Origin: a virus
Lineage: Duplodnaviria > Caudoviricetes
Virus record (IMG/VR): IMGVR_UViG_3300025723_000057
Location: 1-51,935 of that record
Strand: one strand, 5' to 3'
DNA: 51,935 nt
The notes under the pieces: generated by a model
Told to the model about the DNA's origin: nothing
What the model saw: the letters and a program-made list of their open reading frames with translations, nothing else
The model's database searches: none
In this document: in pieces, positions 17,834 to 26,046 of the stretch
Layout of the letters: each line of letters starts with the position of its first letter
How positions within the stretch are numbered: the stretch's first letter is position 1
Program-made: the position numbers and the translations under genes

Positions 17834-20370
17834 TTTCCTCTAGCTAAATCGTTTGCTACTTTCATAAAAATATCATTAAGTTGCGATTTATTATAAGTTG
17901 TTGTAGGGCCGGCAGCTTGTTGTTGTGTATCTGCTCCACCTTGTGCAGGAGCTGTTTGCTGTTGTGCTGCACCTTGTGCTGGCATATTTCCTTGTGCAGG
18001 TGCTGCCTGTTGTGGCGCTGCTGCACCTTGTGCAGGTGCTGCTGTATTTCCCTGCTGATAACCTGCTCTAGCTCCTTGTATAGCATTGCCAGCTATTTTT
18101 CCAATCTTTTTTGCTCCTGTAACTGCTGCGGCAGCAACCTTACCAACAGTTTGTGCTCCTTGTTGTACTTTATTTGATGTAGTTGATGGTGCAGCAGGTG
18201 TTGATGGTGCAGCAGGTGTTGATGGTGTGTTAGTTGCAGTTGCTTTAGGAGTTCCGTTTGCTGCTTGTCTAGCAGCACTACCTGCTACTTTTTGACCAGC
18301 AGTAGCTTGTTGATATCCTGCTTTAGCACTTTGTAATGCATTACCAGCTAGATTTCCAAGTTTCTTTGCTCCAGTAACAGCAGCACCTGCGGCTTTTCCG
18401 ACAGCTTGGGCACCTGTTGTAGGTTGAGGAGCTCCTGCTTTTGGTGCAGGTAATTTCATATTTTTATATGTAGCCGACAATACATCATCACTAACTCCGG
18501 CTTTACGCACAATATCTGCAATCTGATCTGAATCAGTTGGTGAGTTAGCTGCTCTCCAAGCTTTGTTTAACTTATCAGTTGTAACTTTGTTAGTTAGATT
18601 TTGACCAGTCTGTGCTAGCTTTTGACCAGCAGCACTTGCACCTTTAGCTACTGCTTGACCAGCAGCACTACCTGCTATTTTTTGTCCAGCAGCTCCAATT
18701 GCATTTGCAGCTTTTCCAAACAACCCTGGCTTAGCAGGAGCTGCGGCAGCTGGGTTAGCTGCTGGTTGTTCAGCTGGTGGCACATATTGTTTTCCAAAGT
18801 TAGCAGTTGCTGTTCCACTTGTTGAAGTTGGTTGAGCAGGAGCATTAGTTGCTGCCCGCACACTCATCCTAGGTTTATTCATTTTAACAGAAGTTGGTTT
18901 TAACTCTTGTCCAAACTGTGCATTAACAGGAGCTTCAACAAGTATTCCGCTTGCTATCATTTGATTATTTCTCATGCAAATACTATCAAATAAATCAGCA
19001 ATAGCTTTTCTATCTAAATGTCTACGATTAAAAGATTCAAAATTACCAGTCTTTGTTGTAGCACCGCGTTTTACTGCATTATCCATTGCTTGCATCTGTG
19101 CATCATAGTCTGCTTTTATTTTAGCTTGATGATTCATTACATCTTTATAATCACCTTGCATTTGTGAAGCCATTTGTTTTGCTGCTTTAATATTTGCTCT
19201 CTGTTGATCAGTATAAAGATTATCTGGAACTGGTTTTCCATCAATTTCAGTAGGTACTCCTCCTGAGAAACTAGCTTTATGACTATTACCAGTTAATCCC
19301 ATTTTTTTCGCAAAATCATTTTGAAGATCACGATTAGATTTTAATTCGGCATTTTGTGTATCTAACATTGAATCACCTGTACTAGCAGTTGGTTTTGCAC
19401 CAGGATATTCATCCGGAGTAGGTTGTCCAAAAGCAGTTGGTTTTGTTCCTAAACCATGTGAATCAGTTGGAGAGATTCCAGTACCTGTAACTTGACCAGT
19501 TGGTTTTTTAAATACACTATATCGTGCGTTTCGATCTGCTATTGCCTTATCAACGTCAGTTGAAAAACCTTGTGTAACATCACCTTTGCTTGTTCCATTA
19601 AACTTATCAATCGTTGCATTTCCGGTTGCTTTCATTGGATGACTAGTATCTTGTGGTCCATAACTAAAATCATCAGGACGATTGACTATTTTACTAGCAC
19701 CAAATCCTGAAGTATTGCTAGTAGCACCTGTCCTAACTTTAGGACCGTCTGGAACCGCATGATCGCCACGTATATGTTGTCCTACTTGTCCAGCAACATG
19801 TGATATTGCGGCAGTCTTACCACCTTGATATGCAGCTGAACTAAGCTTCTCACCTTGTAATAGCTTATCGGTCATCTTTAATAACCCTAATGCAGCAGCA
19901 CCTCCAACACCAACGCCACTAATACCAGCAGCAGCAATCAATGCAGCATATATTGCAGATTGTGTTTTTGGATATTTTTTAGCAAGATCTCTATACTTTT
20001 GTATATATTTCATAACTCCTTGATCACCACCAGTAGCTTGTTTTAGCTTCTCAGCAGCTTGATCATATTGTGCATCCATATTTTTAATAGGACCACTATT
20101 GGCTATTTTGTTTTTTAAATCACCATACGCTGCATTAACAGCACTAGCAACATCTTTACCTTTGCCTAATGCTGTTCTATTACCGCCGCCAGCAACAGCA
20201 CCTGCTTCTAGATCTTTAAATAGTTGTTCTATCTGTTGAGGAGTAAGTTCTGCTTCAGAAATAGCATAACCGGCACTTTCCCATAGTTTCATACTACGGG
20301 CTTCTGTGAGATTTAATCCTTCATACAGATAGTTTGTGTTTCTTACAGTTGCTACTTCTAGAAATTTCAT
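17830..20370 (-). CDS. Ala/Gln/Gly-rich low-complexity protein, putative internal head/ejection protein
   Basis: 846 aa, hydrophobic segment AIYAALIAAAGISGVGVGGAAALGLL, internal duplications. Confidence 0.55.
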   Translation of the reverse strand: MKFLEVATVRNTNYLYEGLNLTEARSMKLWESAGYAISEAELTPQQIEQLFKDLEAGAVAGGGNRTALGKGKDVASAVNAAYGDLKNKIANSGPIKNMDAQYDQAAEKLKQATGGDQGVMKYIQKYRDLAKKYPKTQSAIYAALIAAAGISGVGVGGAAALGLLKMTDKLLQGEKLSSAAYQGGKTAAISHVAGQVGQHIRGDHAVPDGPKVRTGATSNTSGFGASKIVNRPDDFSYGPQDTSHPMKATGNATIDKFNGTSKGDVTQGFSTDVDKAIADRNARYSVFKKPTGQVTGTGISPTDSHGLGTKPTAFGQPTPDEYPGAKPTASTGDSMLDTQNAELKSNRDLQNDFAKKMGLTGNSHKASFSGGVPTEIDGKPVPDNLYTDQQRANIKAAKQMASQMQGDYKDVMNHQAKIKADYDAQMQAMDNAVKRGATTKTGNFESFNRRHLDRKAIADLFDSICMRNNQMIASGILVEAPVNAQFGQELKPTSVKMNKPRMSVRAATNAPAQPTSTSGTATANFGKQYVPPAEQPAANPAAAAPAKPGLFGKAANAIGAAGQKIAGSAAGQAVAKGASAAGQKLAQTGQNLTNKVTTDKLNKAWRAANSPTDSDQIADIVRKAGVSDDVLSATYKNMKLPAPKAGAPQPTTGAQAVGKAAGAAVTGAKKLGNLAGNALQSAKAGYQQATAGQKVAGSAARQAANGTPKATATNTPSTPAAPSTPAAPSTTSNKVQQGAQTVGKVAAAAVTGAKKIGKIAGNAIQGARAGYQQGNTAAPAQGAAAPQQAAPAQGNMPAQGAAQQQTAPAQGGADTQQQAAGPTTTYNKSQLNDIFMKVANDLARGN
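18182..18228. repeat. 18-bp tandem repeat encoding PSTPAA
   Basis: gttgatggtgcagcaggt x2 plus a partial copy. Confidence 0.8.
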
Positions 20371-20987
20371 AGTCTGGTCCCTACTTTTCTTAATACGTTT
20401 TCTACTATTCTGCTTTCAGGTACCCTATATCGGATAGCATTACTACCAGCAGCAGCCGTTGCAGCAGTATTTTTTTGTGCCTTTGTCTGCGCAACATTTA
20501 CGTTAAATCCTTTTCTAGGAGCAGTTGCTGGAGCTGCTGCTTGTGGTGCAGCAGGTGCTTGTTGTTGAGCGGCCGCTTTTGCTGCTTTGTTAGCTGCTGT
20601 TTTTGCTTTTTCTGCTTTATAATCACGCACACGCTTAGGTTTATCTTGAGATTGAGAAGCAGTTGATTGAGCCGTATTAGTTGCAGTGTCTTGCGCTGGT
20701 TGACTTCCGCTCGTATATTTGTTAATGATAGTATCATTAACACCTAATGATTTTAAAAATGCAGCCAATGAAACATTAGTTGGCTTATCGCCCGTCCTAC
20801 CTATAAAAGTAAAAAATTCTTTATATAACTGATTAGCCACTTTACCTGCATCTCTAGCACCAGCAGCTTTTGCACCTAAGCTACCTGGTAAAACTTTTGC
20901 AGCAATATTTTGTCCAAGACCTTTTAACATACCTACAGGTCTTTCAGTTAATGGTTCTGATTCTACAAGTATTTCTTTTAGATTCAT
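20367..20987 (-). CDS. Ala/Lys-rich putative internal head protein
   Basis: 206 aa starting MNLKEILVESEPLTE; late promoter upstream. Confidence 0.55.
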   Translation of the reverse strand: MNLKEILVESEPLTERPVGMLKGLGQNIAAKVLPGSLGAKAAGARDAGKVANQLYKEFFTFIGRTGDKPTNVSLAAFLKSLGVNDTIINKYTSGSQPAQDTATNTAQSTASQSQDKPKRVRDYKAEKAKTAANKAAKAAAQQQAPAAPQAAAPATAPRKGFNVNVAQTKAQKNTAATAAAGSNAIRYRVPESRIVENVLRKVGTRL

Positions 20988-21012
20988 GTTCTTACACTTT
21001 CAGCAGTTAGAT

Positions 21013-21019
21013 TATTTAT
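21013..21019 (-). promoter_or_regulatory. Late promoter
   Basis: ATAAATA 25 nt upstream of ATG 20987. Confidence 0.6.
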
Positions 21020-21034
21020 TCTTAAACATTAAGT

Positions 21035-21467
21035 GATGAGCTAAAGCTCATCTGTGTTTACTTCGTAGACTCAGTAAACACATTTTCTTTCTCTTTAATA
21101 TTATCTAGACTGTGAAGTCATAATTCGCCCGTTTCCGGGCGATGGAATGATAGAGCATTATCTGAGCTGCTCGGTCATACTAGAATAAAGTGATTTGTAT
21201 GCGTTTGCGTACATTTTAAAATGTATGCGTTCACGTACATCGGAGGCGGTAACCCTTAAACCCCCTACACCAGCTTCGCGATTAGTTACGGTTGGCAGTT
21301 ATTCCCATTCTAGCGAAAATACTTACCATGACGGTTGGATCTTTTTCACAGAGCCGTCATCTTTTAAAGCCTAAAGTTAGCTTTTGTCTGTGGCACCCGA
21401 GCATCCGAACGCAAGACATTGCGCCCTCAACGGGGATCGAGAGACTCGATCAAACTGGGCCTATAGC
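21035..21467 (-). ncRNA. Large structured non-coding element (candidate ncRNA; family not recognised)
   Basis: Only long intergenic region; ~46% GC over 21121-21480 by hand count; many hairpins including TCGCCCG-GAAA-CGGGCGA. Confidence 0.65.
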
Positions 21468-21896
21468 CTATTTTTTGCCTATGATATGTGACCCATGGAC
21501 TCGAACTGATATCTGTCCATTATAATAGTCAGTAGATTCTAAAACTTTATGAGTAAACTGTTCTCGTGCCTCTATGTATGAACACTGTGCCTTTGAATTA
21601 CAATAGAATAATATTTCTCTAGTAAACTTATCTTTGCCTAACGTGTTTACATCTTCATTTAATACATCATTTGAACCATAATAATCACGCCAGTCTGATT
21701 CAACTTTACTTTTAATCTTTTTCTTTTTTTTAATACCATTTTTCTGTTTAACAACTTTATAAGTTGTTTTAGAAAACTTGGCTAGTTTTTTGCCTATGTA
21801 TTTCCTACCAGTGACTGTATTTGTTATTAGATAAACAAAACCTATACAATCATCTGGTAGGACATCTACGATAGACCCATTATAGGTCCAAGACAC
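21468..21896 (-). CDS. GIY-YIG family endonuclease (single domain)
   Basis: GFVYLITNTVTGRKYIGKK, YYGS, FTREIL, conserved Glu helix and YYN. Confidence 0.9.
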   Translation of the reverse strand: MSWTYNGSIVDVLPDDCIGFVYLITNTVTGRKYIGKKLAKFSKTTYKVVKQKNGIKKKKKIKSKVESDWRDYYGSNDVLNEDVNTLGKDKFTREILFYCNSKAQCSYIEAREQFTHKVLESTDYYNGQISVRVHGSHIIGKK

Positions 21897-22088
21897 TTAC
21901 TTCTTAGCAGCCTTACGTGCGTTCTTTTCGGCTGTAATTTCATTACGACGAGCCTTAATAGCCTTACTCATCTCACCGAGGGCCTTACGTGCTCTTGTAC
22001 CAGCAGCTGAGTTTCCATTAATAAACTTAGCATCTTCAATCTTCCATGCTGCAAACTGTTCTTCAATTGTTGTTACTACTTCACTCAT
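21897..22088 (-). CDS. Histone H1-like (Hc1-family-like) basic protein
   Basis: GNSAAGTRARKAL motif and Lys/Arg-rich tail. Confidence 0.75.
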   Translation of the reverse strand: MSEVVTTIEEQFAAWKIEDAKFINGNSAAGTRARKALGEMSKAIKARRNEITAEKNARKAAKK

Positions 22089-22296
22089 TTTTTTCTCCTT
22101 TTAATCGCTTTTTACGTTCTTTTCTTTGTTGTTGTATTTCCATACGTCGTTTACGTGCGATTATACGTAGTTCTCCTAACGCATTTCTTGCATCAACTCC
22201 TGCACGATCACTTGTGCCAGTTTCCCACTTCTCATTATACTTGAAGTAGTTCCTTATAGCTATCATAAGTTGGTCGGTTAGGTCTGAATCACTCAT
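22081..22296 (-). CDS. Hc1-like paralogue
   Basis: AGVDARNALGEL...RRMEI aligns with AGTRARKALGEM...RRNEI of the neighbour. Confidence 0.6.
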   Translation of the reverse strand: MSDSDLTDQLMIAIRNYFKYNEKWETGTSDRAGVDARNALGELRIIARKRRMEIQQQRKERKKRLKGEKNE

Positions 22297-22307
22297 TATA
22301 TAGCGTT

Positions 22308-24083
22308 TTAATCCGTTATCTCGATATCATTTGAATAGTGAGTAAATCCGTTTTCTTTAATAACTCGCAATACATTATTAACACGACCTATTAGATCATC
22401 TTTGTGAGATATTAGGTAAATGTTCTTTTTGCTTTCACGGGCCATCTTCTTTAGAATAGCTAGGCTATGTTCAACACCTGCTGTATCCATACCACTATCG
22501 ATTAACTCATCGATAAACAACAAGTTAATAGGTTGATAAAGATTTTCCCATATGTCACGGAAACTCCAACTCAACGATAAAATAAGTCGATTGCGCTCAC
22601 CACGAGAAAGATTATCAAAATCCAGATCTTGACCAAGTTGTGTAATCTCCACTTGCAGATCGTTTTGGAAAGTTACCTGATGAGGTAATCCTGTACGATC
22701 TAAATAATAAGTTAAACGTTGATTTAGATAACTTAGATTTTGATCAATAATCTTCTTACGAATGAAACTATCTTTATTAGTAAGCAACTTGAGAAGGAAT
22801 TCTTGATGTTCTTTTAACTTTGTTAACGTATTAATCAAACTCCAATCTATTTCCTGCATTGCTTTATTTTCAAGTTCTTCAATCTGTTCTTGATACGGAT
22901 CAGATTCATTCTGCTTAGATTCATATTGGCTATACAAGTTATCTAAGTTGTTTTTATGTTCATATGCTTCATCGAAGCGATCATAGAAAGTAGTTGGCTT
23001 TGCTGCAAGATCACCTATTTCTTTTATCTGATCAACTATTGAATTATAGTTTTCTTCTATTTTTTCTTTATGTTCGATGCTGTCGTTAAGATCCTTAGTA
23101 AGCGAATCAACGATCTTATTTCTATTAGCATCGTGGAGTTCTTGTCCACAAGCATAACACTTATGATCATCCAGCTCATTAAGATTACGTTGGTGTTTAT
23201 CTATCGCTTTTTGTGCTTGTCCTAAACTGCTCTCGATAGATGCTTTTTCTTTATTAAGAGACTTAAGCCTATCATTTTTAATTGACCAATCCTTAAGGAC
23301 TGTATGTGACACAATCTCTTCTTCAATATCAACTTCTGATAGATGTTTAATAGCGGTTTCAATTTTTTTAAGATCTTCTTCTTGCTTTGCATACCAGGCT
23401 TTCTTTTTGATATGTAAGGATTCGATCGTAGCTTTAATACGCTCATTGCTTGCTTTCGTCGCTTCAATGTTTGCGTTCTCCTGTGTTATCTGATCTTTTG
23501 AGTTTTTAATCTCTTCTTTTAATAGATCCGCTTTTTCACTGAGAAGAGTGATGCCAAGTAACTGTTCAATCACTTCTCTTTGATCATTTGCCTTTAGACT
23601 TAGGAACGGTTCAGTATAGGTATTCAACGCTAATATATGTTTGAACATAGTATGACTCATACCAATAAGTTCATCAATAGAGTTTTGAGTCTTGCGGCTA
23701 TCACCTTGGCTTTCATCAAGATCAGTTTCCTGTTCTTGATTATTGATATAAAACTTTAAGATATTAGGTTTCCTACCACGTTCAATGCGATAGTTAATGT
23801 TGTTTTTTTCAAAGTTAACTGTAACTAACATATTTTTTTGATTAATATTGTTGATTAGATTATCTCTTTTAATATTTGTTAATGCCTGACCAAAAAGTGC
23901 ATAGCTAAGTGCGTTGATGATAGTTGTTTTACCTGTACCATTTCGACTACCACTATCGTCTCCGCCCATATCGATATTTTCACCTAACACTAGTGTTAAC
24001 TGTTCCTTTTCAAAATCAACAGCCTGTGTCTGATTACCGATACTCATAAAGTTCTTAACAGTTAGATTCTTAATTTTAATCAT
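22308..24083 (-). CDS. gp46: Recombination ATPase, Rad50/SbcC-like (gp46)
   Basis: KNFMSIGN, Walker A NGTGKTT, CYAC zinc hook, LSRGE signature, LFIDE Walker B, ISH. Confidence 0.95.
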   Translation of the reverse strand: MIKIKNLTVKNFMSIGNQTQAVDFEKEQLTLVLGENIDMGGDDSGSRNGTGKTTIINALSYALFGQALTNIKRDNLINNINQKNMLVTVNFEKNNINYRIERGRKPNILKFYINNQEQETDLDESQGDSRKTQNSIDELIGMSHTMFKHILALNTYTEPFLSLKANDQREVIEQLLGITLLSEKADLLKEEIKNSKDQITQENANIEATKASNERIKATIESLHIKKKAWYAKQEEDLKKIETAIKHLSEVDIEEEIVSHTVLKDWSIKNDRLKSLNKEKASIESSLGQAQKAIDKHQRNLNELDDHKCYACGQELHDANRNKIVDSLTKDLNDSIEHKEKIEENYNSIVDQIKEIGDLAAKPTTFYDRFDEAYEHKNNLDNLYSQYESKQNESDPYQEQIEELENKAMQEIDWSLINTLTKLKEHQEFLLKLLTNKDSFIRKKIIDQNLSYLNQRLTYYLDRTGLPHQVTFQNDLQVEITQLGQDLDFDNLSRGERNRLILSLSWSFRDIWENLYQPINLLFIDELIDSGMDTAGVEHSLAILKKMARESKKNIYLISHKDDLIGRVNNVLRVIKENGFTHYSNDIEITD

Positions 24084-25093
24084 AGGTTATTATAAATCTC
24101 CAGTAGGATCTTGGGATCATATGCGTCGCTATCAATGTTAATGATCTGATTAGTAACAATCTGATCAACACTTTCAAAGTTGGTTATTTCTAATGTACTA
24201 TTGGTAGAATCTAGTTCTTTCTTCTCAGGAATCAGTGTACATTCGCGTATATCAAATCTATCCATAACGGTCTCTTTGATAAAGTTTGCTTCTTCAAAAC
24301 TGATATTAATATCAAGTGCTACTCGTAGATGCATTTTTGATTTACAAATATTATCCATATCGTCAATAAGCTGACTTAGCTTAACTGTTCGATAACGAGG
24401 CATATCAGGCCAATCAATATATTGAGGAGATCCTCCCCATTCAAGCATCATCATACCACGTTCGTCGTCCCATGCATCTGCAAAATTATGAGGAAAAGCA
24501 TTACCGATATAATGTATATTTCCCTTGTTCTGCCGCTTATGGAAATGTCCAGTAAACACATATTCATTATTTGCTAGGTCTTCTGCTTTAATATCACCGT
24601 GATCGGGCATTTGAACCATTGCGTTCATCATAAACATAGGAAGTTCAAAATGACCAAACATATAGCGACTTTTAAGTTTTGCGATCTTTTTCCACTCATC
24701 TCCAATGAGCCATGGAATAAATGCAACTTCATCCATAATGATTGGTTCGGTAATCATAGTAATACCCGGAACATGTCTACCAAATGCAACGCTATTCATA
24801 TCACGTCTATCTTTATAATATAGATCATGATTTCCAGGAAAGAATATTACACGTTCAAAGTTTTTTCCAAGTTTTTCTAAACATTCAAGTCCAGAGTTCA
24901 TAGTGATAATATTAATACTATTTCGATTATGATTCCAATCACCGCAAAAGATCGCAGTTTCACAACCTTGAGCTTTTGCGGTAACTATAAACCAATCAAC
25001 AAAATCTATACAATCATCAGTATGACTTTTAGAATTTGACTTTAAACCAAAATGTATATCAGTAAATACAGCAGCTTTTTTAAAGAATTCCAT
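24080..25093 (-). CDS. gp47: Recombination nuclease, Mre11/SbcD-like (gp47)
   Basis: DIHFG, GD, GNHD, GHFE, GHFH phosphoesterase motifs. Confidence 0.95.
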   Translation of the reverse strand: MEFFKKAAVFTDIHFGLKSNSKSHTDDCIDFVDWFIVTAKAQGCETAIFCGDWNHNRNSINIITMNSGLECLEKLGKNFERVIFFPGNHDLYYKDRRDMNSVAFGRHVPGITMITEPIIMDEVAFIPWLIGDEWKKIAKLKSRYMFGHFELPMFMMNAMVQMPDHGDIKAEDLANNEYVFTGHFHKRQNKGNIHYIGNAFPHNFADAWDDERGMMMLEWGGSPQYIDWPDMPRYRTVKLSQLIDDMDNICKSKMHLRVALDINISFEEANFIKETVMDRFDIRECTLIPEKKELDSTNSTLEITNFESVDQIVTNQIINIDSDAYDPKILLEIYNNL

Positions 25094-25110
25094 GACACAT
25101 CCTCATGATT

Positions 25111-25139
25111 ACTTTAACATAGCCTCAGTTATTTGTCAA
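25111..25139 (-). promoter_or_regulatory. Sigma70-type promoter for gp47-gp46-Hc1-GIY-YIG operon
   Basis: TTGACA-N17-TAAAGT with extended -10 TG. Confidence 0.75.
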
Positions 25140-25142
25140 GTC

Positions 25143-25973
25143 TTACTCGCTAGATCCATTATTATATCGATCCTTTGACAGTTGCCATTCGTGATCGCCC
25201 TGTCTTGTATAACTTGGACTAAAGTTATTCATTTCTAATATATCATCACGGATATTTTGATTGCGCTTTTCAATATTAATGACCCTAACAAAACTATTAG
25301 TAACCGCAGCAGTAAAATAAGCAAATGGATTATTTGATTTACTTTCGTCAAACTGCAATCCAATTTGTGTAAGCTGTAGGATTGCCTGTCCGCGCATTTC
25401 GTCGTTGTATGTATATCCTCGAACGTTTCCTCTAGTAGCATATCGTTCGCAAAGTTTCATAAACATCTTGGCAAGTTTATTAGTAAACTGCCCTTGATCT
25501 TTACTAAAATAACCATTTTCCATACCACCAACCCAGTGGCTTTTCCCTACACATACGAGATTACCTTGGTCGTCATATTTCCAATGTTGGAACGGTGGAA
25601 AATTTACTTTATCGTGTGCATCTGCTACAGTTTTTGTCTTCTTCTTTCTACCCGGAGCAAGTGGAATGTGATCAAAGCTCATTATTCTAAATACAACATC
25701 TGTTTTGTTTATTTTTCTATAGTCTATTTCACAGTCGCTAAACTTGACTTTCTTATCACCTGAAAGTTTTTTCTGCTCAAAATCCTTATGCGATAGTTTT
25801 TTTGCTTGATTTTTCTTTGCAGCAGCTATTGTTCTTATATTAATCTTGTCCAAACTTGGCAATATAATATCATATTCAGAGTATGCTGGGTCAACAAAAC
25901 TACAGTATGAATTCTTACTCTTGTGTATTTCTTCTAGTAAATCTTTGTTATTTAAATAGTTTACTTTCGCCAT
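25143..25973 (-). CDS. gp55: Late-transcription sigma factor (gp55-like) with insertion
   Basis: NYLNNKDLL, GYTYNDEM, FDESKSNNPFAYFT motifs; upstream of gp47/gp46 as in T4. Confidence 0.85.
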   Translation of the reverse strand: MAKVNYLNNKDLLEEIHKSKNSYCSFVDPAYSEYDIILPSLDKINIRTIAAAKKNQAKKLSHKDFEQKKLSGDKKVKFSDCEIDYRKINKTDVVFRIMSFDHIPLAPGRKKKTKTVADAHDKVNFPPFQHWKYDDQGNLVCVGKSHWVGGMENGYFSKDQGQFTNKLAKMFMKLCERYATRGNVRGYTYNDEMRGQAILQLTQIGLQFDESKSNNPFAYFTAAVTNSFVRVINIEKRNQNIRDDILEMNNFSPSYTRQGDHEWQLSKDRYNNGSSE

Positions 25974-25992
25974 TTATGATATCTCCATTTGT

Positions 25993-26021
25993 ATTATAAT
26001 ATGAGCACATTATTTTTGCAA
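25993..26021 (-). promoter_or_regulatory. Sigma70-type promoter for gp55
   Basis: TTGCAA-N17-TATAAT then GGAG RBS. Confidence 0.7.
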
Positions 26022-26027
26022 TAAATA
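26021..26027 (+). promoter_or_regulatory. Late promoter for baseplate operon
   Basis: ATAAATA followed by AGGAG and ATG 26047. Confidence 0.65.
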
Positions 26028-26046
26028 TCTTTATAGGAGTCTCCTC

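Noticed and set aside
17862-20743. Nested Cys-rich or Gln/Leu-rich short ORFs
   Set aside because: Alternate-frame products of GCT/GCA/CAA low-complexity codons
21221-21273. Resemblance to group II intron domain V/VI (gtatgcg..cacgtac..ccccctac) on plus strand
   Set aside because: No AGC/CGC catalytic triad, helix too short, no interrupted gene or reverse transcriptase
21292-21525. 77-aa plus-strand ORF in the structured region
   Set aside because: TTG start, no RBS, overlaps GIY-YIG antisense; sequence better explained by base pairing
21035-21896. Group I intron with homing endonuclease, tRNA, tmRNA or RNase P
   Set aside because: No clear P7 (R/S) elements, flanking genes look intact, no T-loop/CCA cloverleaf or RNase P P4 motif recognised; an Infernal search is needed to exclude fully
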